From contig JAFXQI010000022.1 in NCBI GenBank assembly GCA_017527155.1, positions 160-64,159 on the forward strand: a stretch of 64,000 bases of DNA. The letters are read 5' to 3'. Source of the DNA: Kiritimatiellia bacterium. GTDB taxonomy: Bacteria > Verrucomicrobiota > Kiritimatiellia > CAIQIC01 > Lenti-01. Shown here one piece after another: positions 1 to 9,636 of this stretch. Each line of letters opens with the position of its first letter. Position 1 is the stretch's first letter. The notes below the pieces were generated by a model. That model was not told the origin of the DNA. It did not search any database and worked only from the letters and a program-made list of their open reading frames with translations. Both the position numbers and the translations under genes were made by a program.

Positions 1-181
1 GAAGCTCCACTGTTTCTTAAACCGCCCTAGCCGCCGGGGCGCCCCTGCGCGATCGGCTTGTCCGGAGAGCTCGACCCGACACACCCCGGCCTCCGGGCTC
101 CGCTGTCGTTTTTGGGATTGAGGGGACGGGGCGGGGAGGATAGAGTGGCAGGGAATCGGATAAAACGGACGAGGTTGTCGA

Positions 182-835
182 ATGGTCAACGTGATATTGC
201 ATGGCGGGCCGGTGGTATGGCTGCTGTTGGCGGGCGGGTTCTTCGCGCTCCTGGTGTTCCTGGAGCGGCTCTTCAACCTGCACCGGGCGCAGATTGCCGC
301 GGACGATTTCCTCAAGGGCATCTACAACATCCTCAACCGCGGCAACGTCGTCGAGGCCGCGACGCTCTGCGAGGAGGCGCCGGGGCCCGTCGCGCGTCTC
401 GCCCTGGCCGCGGTGCTGCACCACGACGACTCGCCGGAGGACCTCGCGCGCGCCATCGAGGACGCGGGACTGGAGGAAATCCCCCGCATGGAATGGGGGC
501 TGGGCTGGCTGGCGTCGGTGGCGCGCATCGCGCCGCTGGTGGGGCTGCTGGGGACGGTGCTGGGCATGATGGAGATGCTCCAGGCGTCGAAACGCGCGGC
601 GCCGCTGGTGCAGTCGGCGGACCTGACGGGGGGACTCTGGTCGGCGCTGGTCGCGACGGCGCTCGGGCTGCTCATCGGCATCCTGGCGTACGCGGGGTAC
701 AATTTCCTGGTGTCGCGGGTGGAATCGATCCTGCTGGACATGGAGCGGTCGGCCTCGGCGCTGCTGAACTACATGCGCCAGCAGCGCGCGGCGTCGGAGA
801 CGGCGGCGTCCGCCGGGGAAGGGGCGGCGGAATGA
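182..835 (+). CDS. MotA/TolQ/ExbB family proton-channel protein
   Basis: 217 aa with three TM helices and the TolQ/ExbB-like core (GLLGTVLGMMEMLQA...TALGLLIGILAY). It lies directly upstream of an ExbD/TolR-like gene. Confidence 0.8.
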   Translation: MVNVILHGGPVVWLLLAGGFFALLVFLERLFNLHRAQIAADDFLKGIYNILNRGNVVEAATLCEEAPGPVARLALAAVLHHDDSPEDLARAIEDAGLEEIPRMEWGLGWLASVARIAPLVGLLGTVLGMMEMLQASKRAAPLVQSADLTGGLWSALVATALGLLIGILAYAGYNFLVSRVESILLDMERSASALLNYMRQQRAASETAASAGEGAAE

Positions 836-1308
836 TCGTGCCGGGCACGACGCTGCAACTGCGCTTCCGCAGCGTGCGGAGGCGCTTCCCGGCGCGGTGC
901 GGGTACGCGGCGGCACCGCTGGAGGTGGCGGCGTTGCTGAACGTGGCGATCCTGGTGGGGATGTTCTGCTTCGCGTCGTCGGGGTTCGTGCTGCAGCCGG
1001 GGGTGCAGGTGCGGTTGCCGGAGGCGCCGTTCCTGGACGGGCAGGCGTACGGGGCGCGGACGCTGGCGGTGACGGCGCAGGGATTGCTCTTCTACAACGA
1101 CGAGCCGGTATCGGTGGAGGACTTCGAGCAGCGTCTCGCCGCGGAGACGGATGGCGCCGCGGAGGGGACGGAGGTGCCGCTGCTGGTGGAAGCGGACGCG
1201 GGGACGTCCTACGAGCTGCTCATGCGCATCTGGTCCGCCGCGGTGCGCAACGGAATCGACGACGTGGTACTGGCGACGCGCCCGCCCGCGATGGCTCCGG
1301 CGCCATGA
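832..1308 (+). CDS. ExbD/TolR family biopolymer transport protein
   Basis: ATGA start/stop overlap with the upstream ExbB-like gene. One N-terminal TM helix, then an ExbD-like periplasmic domain (LLVEADAGTSYELLMRIWSAAVRNGIDDVVLATR). Confidence 0.75.
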   Translation: MIVPGTTLQLRFRSVRRRFPARCGYAAAPLEVAALLNVAILVGMFCFASSGFVLQPGVQVRLPEAPFLDGQAYGARTLAVTAQGLLFYNDEPVSVEDFEQRLAAETDGAAEGTEVPLLVEADAGTSYELLMRIWSAAVRNGIDDVVLATRPPAMAPAP

Positions 1309-2111
1309 TGCTCCGCGACGGCATCGAAGACTCCCTGGAGCGGGACCGCCGCTTCCGCCGTGCCGGCTGGCGCCGGGCGTGGGCGGTGGCGTTGGCCATC
1401 GTCGCGGCCGTGGCGGTGCTGGGGCGGATCGCGCCGCCGGAAGAGGCGACGACGGTCCGCCGCACGCCGCGCTGGACGTGGGTGCTGCCGGATGCCGAGG
1501 CGGCGCTGGCGGACGTGCGGGCCGTGCGGTCGCCGACGGCGTTCGCGCTGCCGACGCCGTCGGGCTTCACGGGGTCCCTCCGCGCGCGGGCGCCGCGGCT
1601 GGCCCCGCCGGTACGGCGCACGGAGGCCATGGCCTACGCCCCGTCCGCCGCCGCGCCGCGGCCCGCCGCGGAGACCGACTGGAACGCGCCGGAGTTCGTC
1701 CCGGTGCTGCCGCTGGGAATCGTGCCGCGGGGGTGGACGCCGGTGTTCGCGAACCGCACGCCGCCGTCGGAGGAGCCGCGGATGGAGTTCCCGCCCGGGT
1801 GGGAGCAGCGGCTGTTCGCCGGGGTGGACCTGGCGTACGCCGGGTGGGCGCCGGGCCGCGAGTGGACGGCGTCCGCGGAGCTGGAATTCGACGAACGCGG
1901 CATCCTGACGGCCATCCTGCTGGACCGCTCCAGCGGCATCCCGCGGGTGGACCGGCGGCTCGCCCGCTCGGCCGCCGGCTGGCGGCTGCTCGATGCCGGT
2001 GCGCCGCGCCGCGGTACGGTCGTCTGGCGCGTACCCGCCCCGGCCGCGCCCGCCGCCGCCCCAACCCCCGCCCCGGTCCCCGCCGCCACGGAGGAAGGAG
2101 CGGTGCCGTGA
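1305..2111 (+). CDS. TonB-like / Pro-rich membrane-anchored protein (third gene of the ExbBD cluster)
   Basis: Overlapping start (ATGATG at 1305). Single TM helix (AWAVALAIVAAVAVLG), a Pro/Ala-rich spacer and a C-terminal globular region. Position after ExbB/ExbD supports TonB/TolA-like energy transducer, but the sequence is divergent. Confidence 0.45.
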   Translation: MMLRDGIEDSLERDRRFRRAGWRRAWAVALAIVAAVAVLGRIAPPEEATTVRRTPRWTWVLPDAEAALADVRAVRSPTAFALPTPSGFTGSLRARAPRLAPPVRRTEAMAYAPSAAAPRPAAETDWNAPEFVPVLPLGIVPRGWTPVFANRTPPSEEPRMEFPPGWEQRLFAGVDLAYAGWAPGREWTASAELEFDERGILTAILLDRSSGIPRVDRRLARSAAGWRLLDAGAPRRGTVVWRVPAPAAPAAAPTPAPVPAATEEGAVP

Positions 2112-2350
2112 CCCCGCTCTTCACGCTGCCGCAGATGCTGGAGGGCGGGCTTTGGGCCGGTATCGCCGTCATCTTCGTCCTCTCCGTGTTCTACTCGGTG
2201 CGGCGGCGGTTGCGCGTCCGCCGCGCCCGCGCGACCCCCTTCATCTTCCGCTGCGCCGTCTGCGGACACGTCTACTTCGACCGCCGGAACGTTCCCATGG
2301 CCGAATGCCCGAAATGCGGCAACATGAACGAAACCATAAAAGGATTCTGA
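2108..2350 (+). CDS. small membrane protein with C-terminal zinc-ribbon (CxxC...CxxC)
   Basis: GTG start overlaps the stop of the upstream gene, with an AAGGAG RBS 8 nt upstream. One TM helix, then CAVCGHVYF...CPKCGNMNE. Confidence 0.5.
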   Translation: MTPLFTLPQMLEGGLWAGIAVIFVLSVFYSVRRRLRVRRARATPFIFRCAVCGHVYFDRRNVPMAECPKCGNMNETIKGF

Positions 2351-2368
2351 CAAAGAAAGGAGCCCACC

Positions 2369-3694
2369 ATGAGCCTTGCCGTACCGATCGTCAAATGGTC
2401 CCCCCACGCCTCCACGCCCGAAGTCGAGGGCTTCCTGAAGCGTCCCGCGCTCGACCCCGTCGCGCTCGATACCGCCCGCCGCGTGCTCGACGACATCCGC
2501 CGCGAAGGCGATGCCGCGGTCGCCCGCTACACCCTCGAATTCACCAAGGCCGACCTCCCGCCCTCCCGCTTCGCCGTGGGCCGCGAAGAACGCACCGCCG
2601 CGTCCGAGGCGGTGGACCTCCCCTTCAAGCGGGTCGCGTCCGAAATCTTCGCGCGCGTGATGCACTTCGGCAAGGCCGGGATGCGCAAGGACTGGAGCAT
2701 GAACACCCCCAAGGGCGGCGTCCTCGGCGAGCTGTTCATCCCCATCCAGCGCGTCGGCTGCTACGTCCCCGGCGGCACCGCGCCGCTCGCCTCGACCGCG
2801 CTCATGACCGTCACCCTCGCCAAGGCCGCCGGCGTCCCCGAAATCGTCGCCTGCACCCCGTGCGCCCCCGACGGCAGCGTCAACCCCTACCTCCTGCACG
2901 CCCTCGAAGTCGCCGGCGCCACCGAAATCTACCGTCTGGGCGGCATCCAGGCCATCGGCGCGATGGCCTACGGAACCGAGACCATCCGGCCCGTCCTCAA
3001 GATCGTCGGCCCCGGCGGCCCCTACGTCGCCGCCGCCAAGAAACTCGTCTACGGCGACGTCGACCTCGACATGGTCGCCGGTCCCAGCGAAATCGCCGTG
3101 CTGGCCGACGAAACCGCCCGCCCCGAACACATCGCCGCCGACCTCCTCTCCCAGCTCGAACACGGCTCCGGACAGGAGAAGGCCCTCTTCGTCACCCCCT
3201 ACGTCACCCTCGCCAACCGCGTCCTCTCCGAGATGGAGCGGCAGTCGGCGACCCTCTCCCGCCGCACCCGCATCGAGCGCGCGGTGGAGAACGGCGGCGC
3301 GATGATCGTCCTGTGCGAGAACCTCGACGCCGGCATCGACCTGGTCAACCGGTTCGCGCCCGAACACTTCGAGATCATGACCAAGGAACCCCGCCGCTGG
3401 CTCAAGAAAGTCCGCAACGCCGGGGCCGTCTTCGTCGGCGCGTGGACGCCGGAAAGCGCGGGCGACTTCGTCGCGGGGCCGAGCCACGTCCTGCCGACGG
3501 GCGGCACCGCCGCATGCTTCTCCGGCCTCACGGTGGATTCCTTCCGCAAGCGCAGCAGCGTCATCGCCTTCACCCGCGCCGACCTGATGGAGACCCTCCC
3601 GATGATCGAACGCATGGCCGAAGTCGAAGGCCTCGACGCCCACGGCCGCGCCGGCTCCATCCGTTTCGAAAACGCCGCGCCCAGGGCCGATTGA
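2369..3694 (+). CDS. hisD: histidinol dehydrogenase
   Basis: 441 aa, full-length HisD architecture with conserved blocks (GGIQAIGAMAYGTETI, VDMVAGPSEIAVLADE, SQLEHGSG, GDFVAGPSHVLPTGGTA). AAAGGAG RBS. Confidence 0.93.
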   Translation: MSLAVPIVKWSPHASTPEVEGFLKRPALDPVALDTARRVLDDIRREGDAAVARYTLEFTKADLPPSRFAVGREERTAASEAVDLPFKRVASEIFARVMHFGKAGMRKDWSMNTPKGGVLGELFIPIQRVGCYVPGGTAPLASTALMTVTLAKAAGVPEIVACTPCAPDGSVNPYLLHALEVAGATEIYRLGGIQAIGAMAYGTETIRPVLKIVGPGGPYVAAAKKLVYGDVDLDMVAGPSEIAVLADETARPEHIAADLLSQLEHGSGQEKALFVTPYVTLANRVLSEMERQSATLSRRTRIERAVENGGAMIVLCENLDAGIDLVNRFAPEHFEIMTKEPRRWLKKVRNAGAVFVGAWTPESAGDFVAGPSHVLPTGGTAACFSGLTVDSFRKRSSVIAFTRADLMETLPMIERMAEVEGLDAHGRAGSIRFENAAPRAD

Positions 3695-3766
3695 GAAATC
3701 CTTTTTTCCGCTCCTCCGGTCTTCCGGACAGGTAGGGCGGGCTCTCCGGACAGGCCGTGCCGGCCG

Positions 3767-4972
3767 TTACGCCTCCACCCCCGCGAGGGCGAGGAGCGGG
3801 CCGACGGTGGCACGCACGACGCCGGGGAGATCGAAGTGGCGGCGCGCGTCGGCGTGGGCCGCGGCGCCGAGGCGGGCGCGCAGGGCGGAATCCGCGGCCA
3901 GCGCCAGGAGGGCCGTCTGGAAGGCGGGGCCGTCGTCCGGCGGGAAGAGGTAGCCGTTGCGGCCGTCCTCCACGACTTCGGCGACGCCGCCGAGCCGCGC
4001 CGCCAGCACGGGCAGCCCGCACGCCATGGAGTGGACGAGGGCGCCCGTCATGTGGAAGTCGTCCGACCGCGCGCCGGTGCGCATGACCAGTCCGATGTCG
4101 GCGGCGCCCAACGCGCGGCATACGTCGGCGGGGCCGGGCAGCCATCCGGTGAAAGTGCACGCGCGCGCGATACCCAGTTCCTCCGCCAGGCGCCGCAGGC
4201 GCGGCAGTTCGGGGCCGTCGCCGACGAGCAGGAACCGCAGCCCCGGATGCTCCGGCAGCAGCGGTGCGAGCCAGCGCAGGATGCGGTCGTTGCCCTTGTT
4301 GGGATGGGCGATGCCGTGGTGGGCGAGCACGATGTCGCCGGGGCCGTACCCGAAGGCGGCCCGCACGGCCTCCCGCTCCCCCGGCGCCGCCGGATGGTAG
4401 AGGCCGAAATCGCAGGGGTCGTACACCGGATGCACCGCCTCCGGCGCCACGCCGCGCTCCGCCAGCCAGTCCCGGGTGTTGCGGGCGCGCGTGAAAACCA
4501 GCGGCAACCGCCGCCACGCGCGGATGTCGGCCCGCTGCAGGAGGCGGCCGACCGGGGCGAGGGCGCCGGTGAAGTAGATGTCGGTGAACATGTCCGCGAC
4601 CGTCACCGCGACGCGCGGCCCGAAGTGCCGCAGGGCGATGCCGGCGGTCAGCGGAATCGTCTCGTCGATGTACACCGCCCGCACCCCCAGCGCCCGGCAC
4701 CGGCGCGCCACGTACGGCAGCGCCGCCACCCAGAGCGCCGTCTTCGCCAGCTTGGACAGCCCCGAGTTCCGCCGCACCCGCAGCGGGAGCGGATGCCACT
4801 CGACGGTGCGGAGGATGTTTTCGGAAATCGGTTTTTCCGTGCGCATCCCGAAGCAGTGGACGGTGCAATGACGCGCGAGTTCGGCCCAGATTTCCGGCAT
4901 GGCATGGAAGAGTTCCGCGTGCTCCGCCGGGCCGTAGCGGAACCAGAAGGCGATGGACGGCCGCCCGCTCAC
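3767..4972 (-). CDS. glycosyltransferase family 4 (GT4, GT-B fold)
   Basis: C-terminal GT4 signature (LVGDGPE...GLPVLAARLGGVAEVVEDGRNGYLF). GTG start at 4972 sits in a GTGA overlap with the stop of the upstream epimerase gene; an alternative ATG lies at 4900. Confidence 0.8.
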   Translation of the reverse strand: MSGRPSIAFWFRYGPAEHAELFHAMPEIWAELARHCTVHCFGMRTEKPISENILRTVEWHPLPLRVRRNSGLSKLAKTALWVAALPYVARRCRALGVRAVYIDETIPLTAGIALRHFGPRVAVTVADMFTDIYFTGALAPVGRLLQRADIRAWRRLPLVFTRARNTRDWLAERGVAPEAVHPVYDPCDFGLYHPAAPGEREAVRAAFGYGPGDIVLAHHGIAHPNKGNDRILRWLAPLLPEHPGLRFLLVGDGPELPRLRRLAEELGIARACTFTGWLPGPADVCRALGAADIGLVMRTGARSDDFHMTGALVHSMACGLPVLAARLGGVAEVVEDGRNGYLFPPDDGPAFQTALLALAADSALRARLGAAAHADARRHFDLPGVVRATVGPLLALAGVEA

Positions 4973-5778
4973 GGCAGCACCACCCGCCCCGCCAGGACGT
5001 CGGCGACGAAGGCCCGCACCGTCGGGGCCGTTTCCGGCAGGTCGAGCAGGGTGGACGCGAGACCGAGGTTCAGTTCGGCGTGGACGGTCGGCAGCGACGC
5101 GGTCTCCGGCGGCAGGGCGCGCCCCGCCCAGGCGGCGATTTCGGCGACGGTGGCGGTCCCGCGCGCGGAGACGTTGACCACGTCCGGCGGCGGCCCGGAC
5201 CGCTCGTAGAGGGCGAACGCCGCCCGCGCCAGGTCGCGCGTGTGCATGAACTGGAAGGCCGACGCCGGGTTCACGAACAGCGGCCCGCCCGACAGCACGT
5301 CGCGAACCGCGTTCTTGCGCAGGCCCGGCCCGACGAAGCCGCCCATGCGCAGGACCAGCCGCCGCGGGCACTCGTGGAGCACCAGCAGCTCGGCGAGGCG
5401 CTTGTGGAAGCCGTAGCGCGTCATGCGGGCGGGGTCCAGCGGCGTGTCCTCGGCGTTGCGCGCCGGGTCGCCTTCGTCGGGATACACCGCGCCCGAGGAG
5501 AGCAGCAGGAAGAAGTCGGGATGGAAGTCGCACAGCGCCCGCCGCATCGCTTCCACCGAGAGCCGGAAGCCTTCCAGCGGGTCCCGGTCGTCGATGAATT
5601 TCCGCGAATTGCCCGCCGCGAAGACCAGCAGGTCCGGCTTCGCGCCGACCGCGCCGGCATAGTTGTCCAGGTCGACCGCCTGCACGCCGTAGCCGCGCGC
5701 CGCTGCCTCCGCCGCGACCGCGGACCCGATGAAGCCCCGCGCCCCCAGCACCAGGCAGGTTTTCCCGCGCGCGGCCAT
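4969..5778 (-). CDS. NAD-dependent epimerase/dehydratase family protein
   Basis: N-terminal Rossmann motif (LVLGARGFIGSAV), SDR-type epimerase length (269 aa). Lies in an operon with fcl and GT4. Confidence 0.75.
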   Translation of the reverse strand: MAARGKTCLVLGARGFIGSAVAAEAAARGYGVQAVDLDNYAGAVGAKPDLLVFAAGNSRKFIDDRDPLEGFRLSVEAMRRALCDFHPDFFLLLSSGAVYPDEGDPARNAEDTPLDPARMTRYGFHKRLAELLVLHECPRRLVLRMGGFVGPGLRKNAVRDVLSGGPLFVNPASAFQFMHTRDLARAAFALYERSGPPPDVVNVSARGTATVAEIAAWAGRALPPETASLPTVHAELNLGLASTLLDLPETAPTVRAFVADVLAGRVVLP

Positions 5779-5783
5779 GGCGC

Positions 5784-6740
5784 TCAGAGCCGTACGTCCC
5801 CGGTCCCGCGCGCCGCACGGAACCAGTCCGCCGTGCGCTTGAGCCCCACCGACAGCGGCGTGTCGCACGAGAGCCCCAGCGAATGCAGGCGCGAGACGTC
5901 GAATATCTTGTCCATCTGTCCGTCGGGCTGCGTGGTGTCCCACACGATTTCGCCGCGGAACCCGGTCGCCTCGCGGACGGATTCGGCGAGCTCCCGGATG
6001 GAGATGCGCCGCCCGGCGGAGATGTTCACCGGCTCGGAGGAATCGTAGTGGCGGATGAACCACGGCACCGTCGCCATGACGTCGCCCGCGTACACGAAGT
6101 CGCGCGTCGGCTTCCCCGTCCCGAACGCCCGCACGCTCGCGTCGCCGCGGTCCGCCGCCTCGATGTACTTGCGCACCAGCGCCGGGATCACGTGCGCCTG
6201 CTCCAGGTTGAAGTTGTCCCACTCCCCGTACACGTTGCCGGGAACCAGCACCACCGAGTTGAAGCCGTGCTGCACGCGGTAGGCCCACGACTGCACCAGC
6301 AGCATCTTCTTCGCCACCGAGTAGCCCGCCGACTCGATCTGCGGGAAGCCGTTCCACATCTGGTCCTCGCCGATGGGCGAGACGGCGTCGTGGGGGTACG
6401 AGCAGCCGCCCATGAACGTCACCAGCTTGCGGACCCCCGCGCGCTGCGACTCGTGCAGCATGTGGAGGTTCATGCAGAGGTTCTCGTAGAAGAAGTCCGC
6501 CGGATGCAGCCGGTTCGTCAGGATGCCGCCCGACTTCGCCGCCATGTGGATGACGCAGTCGGGCTTCGTCCGCGCCAGCAGCGCCGCCGGCGCGCCGGGC
6601 TCCAGCAGGTCCGCGTCGGCGCGCGACACCGGCAAAATCTCGCTCTCCGGGAATTCGCGCCGGAGGACGGGCAGGAGGTGGTGGGCGAGGAAACCGGTGG
6701 CCCCGGTGACCAGGATACGCTTGTAATCGGCATTGCTCAT
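5784..6740 (-). CDS. fcl: GDP-L-fucose synthase (GDP-4-keto-6-deoxy-D-mannose 3,5-epimerase/4-reductase)
   Basis: KRILVTGATGFLA Rossmann motif plus Fcl/WcaG-typical blocks (NVYGEWDNFNLEQAHVIPALVRKY; DGQMDKIFDVSRL). Confidence 0.8.
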   Translation of the reverse strand: MSNADYKRILVTGATGFLAHHLLPVLRREFPESEILPVSRADADLLEPGAPAALLARTKPDCVIHMAAKSGGILTNRLHPADFFYENLCMNLHMLHESQRAGVRKLVTFMGGCSYPHDAVSPIGEDQMWNGFPQIESAGYSVAKKMLLVQSWAYRVQHGFNSVVLVPGNVYGEWDNFNLEQAHVIPALVRKYIEAADRGDASVRAFGTGKPTRDFVYAGDVMATVPWFIRHYDSSEPVNISAGRRISIRELAESVREATGFRGEIVWDTTQPDGQMDKIFDVSRLHSLGLSCDTPLSVGLKRTADWFRAARGTGDVRL

Positions 6741-6825
6741 GCCCCCGACTCTACACGACCCCGGATGCCCGGACAATGCGAAAAGCCACCCCGCCCTTCC
6801 CTCGCGATCCCCCTCCATCCAATAT

Positions 6826-6839
6826 TTGGAAACAGGAAA
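6826..6839 (+). promoter_or_regulatory. conserved upstream element TTGGAAACAGGAAA (copy 1), 42 nt before the ATGAAA start of paralog A
   Basis: Identical 14-mer at 27981. A downstream TTTCCCC box and a CCCCACC-ATGAAAAA start context are shared. Confidence 0.5.
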
Positions 6840-6881
6840 GAATTGACGGAATCTTCTCGTTTCCCCATACTCCTCCCCACC

Positions 6882-7820
6882 ATGAAAAACATCCTCCGCA
6901 ACGCCTCCGACCGCACCCAATCCGTCTTCGCCGCCGCCTATTCCCCCTTCCGCGGCGGCAACGGGGCGATCGGCCTTGCCTTTCTTCCGGCCGTCCTCGG
7001 CGTCACGGCAACCGCCTTCGTCGGCTTCCTCGCCACCGAGACCGGCGCCGCGATCCTCGGCGAACTCCGTCGCCGCGGCCGCCTCCGCACTCCCCACCCG
7101 GAGAGCCCCTCCCTCCGCGGCACCCCGACCGCGCAAGAGCTGAAAGCCGATTGCACGATTTCGCCGCGTACCCTCCGAGTGCGCCTGCGCCTCGGTTCGC
7201 GCCTGGCCGACCTCGGTCCGACGCTCGACAGCGGCAACCATTACCGCGAATCTGCGACCGGTGCCAAACGCATCCAGTCGCGTGGCCGCGGCCTGCGCGG
7301 CTACCTCGCGGACAACCGCATCGCCGCCAGCTACTCCACCCTCATGCGATACCGCCGCCTCGCCCTCCGTCTCCGCCGGCTCCTGCAGCTCGATTCCCGT
7401 CTTCCCCTCGAATGGCTCCTTCCCGGCGAATCCCCGGACCGCCCGCTTCCCGCCGACCTACAGGTCCCCTACTCCACCGCCCGGCGCCGCCTCGACCGCC
7501 TCCTCCGCGAACACCGGAACTTCGACCGCCTCCGCAAACACGTCGATGCCAAGCTCGGCATTCCCGAACTGCTGACCGTCCGCCGTACCGCCCACCGCGC
7601 GAAGGAAGCGGGGAAATCCTGCCGCCGGTTGCCGAAACAAAAGCCGCTCCACTGCCAGTCGGTGGTTCTCGGCGACTACACCGTCACCCCCTCTCCATCC
7701 CGCCTTGATGCAACGATGCGGGCCTTCGCCCGGTTTCTGCACGAGCGCAACCTCCCCGTGAAGCTCGCCGTCCACCGCGACCGCTTCGCCCAATGGCTCG
7801 CCCAAGCGGGTGCCTCCTGA
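6882..7820 (+). CDS. hypothetical N-terminally anchored Arg-rich protein (paralog A of the 28860-29834 gene)
   Basis: 312 aa. Shares clear blocks with the gene at 28860 (RLR-GSRLADL-PTLDS; YST-M-Y--LA-RLR-L; PLEWLLP; RLLAEH) and the same conserved upstream element 42 nt before the ATGAAA start. Confidence 0.6.
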   Translation: MKNILRNASDRTQSVFAAAYSPFRGGNGAIGLAFLPAVLGVTATAFVGFLATETGAAILGELRRRGRLRTPHPESPSLRGTPTAQELKADCTISPRTLRVRLRLGSRLADLGPTLDSGNHYRESATGAKRIQSRGRGLRGYLADNRIAASYSTLMRYRRLALRLRRLLQLDSRLPLEWLLPGESPDRPLPADLQVPYSTARRRLDRLLREHRNFDRLRKHVDAKLGIPELLTVRRTAHRAKEAGKSCRRLPKQKPLHCQSVVLGDYTVTPSPSRLDATMRAFARFLHERNLPVKLAVHRDRFAQWLAQAGAS

Positions 7821-7951
7821 ACGGAGTTGAGGGGGCCGACCGTAGCGTATCGTGACAAACGGCGGGCACTCCCTGCGGGGCCGAACGGGCGATGGAAACG
7901 GCTCGCCCGGAGCGCCCGAACGGCCGTCTGGAACCCCAAACGGGAGCTGCG

Positions 7952-8641
7952 CTATTGCTGAATCCGCGCCAGCACCGCGGCCTCGGCGGCGCGGCGCATG
8001 CCGGAGATGGCGGCGGCCATGTCGGGGGCCTTGTAGAGGAAGGAACCGGCGCCGAGGATGTTCGCCCCGGCCGCCGCGCAACGCGCCCCCGTTTCGGTGT
8101 TGATGCCGCCGTCCACGGACAAATCCAGATCGGGCCAGCGGCGGCGCAGCTCGCGGAATTTCGGCAATCCCGACTCCAGGAAGGTCTGCCCGCCGAATCC
8201 CGGGTGCACCGTCATGACGAGCACCTCGTCCAGCAACCCGGCGTCGGCCACGTCCGCCAGGGCGTCCACGGGGGTTTCGGGGCAGATGACCGCGCCCGCC
8301 TTCTTGCCCGCGGCGCGGATGGCCCGCAGGGTGTCCGGGATGCCGCACGGCGCTTCGATGTGCACCAGCACCGCGTCGGCACCGGCCCCGATGAAGCGTG
8401 GCGCGTAGAAATCGGGACGGTCCACCATCAGGTGGACATGCAGGTACGCCTCCGGAAGTTCATCCCGCAGTGCCCGCAGCACGTCCGGCCCCAGCGTCAT
8501 GTTCGCGACGAAGTGTCCGTCCATGACATCGAAATGCAGGCCGTCCGCCCCCGCCTCCAGGGCGCGCCGGCAGTCGGCGGCCAGATGTCCCATGCGGGCG
8601 GACAGGATGGAGGGGAGAATCTGGATTTTTTTCGTGTTCAT
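7952..8641 (-). CDS. rpe: ribulose-phosphate 3-epimerase
   Basis: 229 aa. Rpe motifs (LHFDVMDGHFV, HVHLMV, MTVHPGFGGQ, SVDGGI). Confidence 0.92.
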   Translation of the reverse strand: MNTKKIQILPSILSARMGHLAADCRRALEAGADGLHFDVMDGHFVANMTLGPDVLRALRDELPEAYLHVHLMVDRPDFYAPRFIGAGADAVLVHIEAPCGIPDTLRAIRAAGKKAGAVICPETPVDALADVADAGLLDEVLVMTVHPGFGGQTFLESGLPKFRELRRRWPDLDLSVDGGINTETGARCAAAGANILGAGSFLYKAPDMAAAISGMRRAAEAAVLARIQQ

Positions 8642-8736
8642 GTTGCCATTCTATCCTGCATCCGACCAACCCGGCAAGGCCGGAAAAGACATCCCGCCAT
8701 CCGCATCCCGATCGGATACGACAGACCGGGAGTGCG

Positions 8737-9636
8737 CTACGTGCGGGCTTTGTCGGCGGCGCGGTGGCGGTTCCAGTGGAGTTCCATCTCGGGGAGGGTG
8801 CAATCCTTGAGGGTCTTGCCTTCGGCGAGGATTTCGGATTCCATGGCGCGGAAGCGGCGCTCGAACTTGGCGTTGGTGCGGTCGAGGGCGTAGTGGGGGT
8901 CGCACTGGACGAAGCGGGCGACCTTCACCGCCGCGAAGAGGACGTCGCCGAGTTCTTCCATGACGTGGTCGCGGGAGTCTTCCTTCACGGCTTCGTCGAG
9001 TTCGCCGACTTCCTCGCGGAGTTTGTCGAGGGCGCCGTTGACGTCGGCCCAGTCGAAGCCGGCGCGCGCGGCCCGCTTCTGGAGCTGGTAGGCGCGGTGG
9101 AGGGGCGGGACGTGCGAGGGAATGCCGTCGAGGGCGGATTGGCGGGCGGTCTTTTCGGCGCGCTTGATCCGGTCCCAGTTGCGCAGGACGTCGGCCGTGG
9201 TCGGGGCGGATTCGGTGCCGAAGATGTGGGGATGGCGGCGGATCAGCTTGTCGGAGATGCCGCGGGCGACGTCGGCCATGTCGAAGAGACCGGATTCGGC
9301 GGCGACCTGAGCGATGAAGACGATCTGGAGGAGGAGATCGCCGAGTTCTTCGACCATGTCGGCGCGGTTCTGCGTTTCGAGGGCGTCGAGGGCTTCGTAG
9401 GCTTCTTCGATGAGGTAGGGCTTGAGGGTTTCGAGGGTCTGTTCGAGGTCCCAGGGGCAGCCGTCGCCGGGGCGCCGGAGGCGGGCCATGATGTCGAGGA
9501 GCCGGGCGTACTGGGCGGAGGCCTCGGGGGTGGCGCCGGTGGCGGAGGGGGTACGCGAAGGAGCCGCCCCGGCGGGGGCGGCTCCGGCGGCGTCGCGCGG
9601 GGCGCGGGGAAGGGCCGGATCAGAGGGCGAGTTCAC
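8737..9636 (-). CDS. mazG: nucleoside triphosphate pyrophosphohydrolase MazG
   Basis: Tandem MazG domains (LLDIMARLRRPGDGCPWDLEQT...EELGDLLLQIVF and ...EELGDVLFAAVKVARF). The Pro/Ala-rich N-terminal ~45 aa may be 5' over-extension. Confidence 0.8.
   Translation of the reverse strand: MNSPSDPALPRAPRDAAGAAPAGAAPSRTPSATGATPEASAQYARLLDIMARLRRPGDGCPWDLEQTLETLKPYLIEEAYEALDALETQNRADMVEELGDLLLQIVFIAQVAAESGLFDMADVARGISDKLIRRHPHIFGTESAPTTADVLRNWDRIKRAEKTARQSALDGIPSHVPPLHRAYQLQKRAARAGFDWADVNGALDKLREEVGELDEAVKEDSRDHVMEELGDVLFAAVKVARFVQCDPHYALDRTNAKFERRFRAMESEILAEGKTLKDCTLPEMELHWNRHRAADKART

Noticed and set aside
1634-3643. 669-aa minus-strand ORF antisense to hisD and the zinc-ribbon gene
   Set aside because: It lies antisense to a confidently identified hisD. 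Its composition (Gly/Ala/Arg/Asp runs, no domain) is the usual artefact of stop-poor frames in 70% GC DNA.
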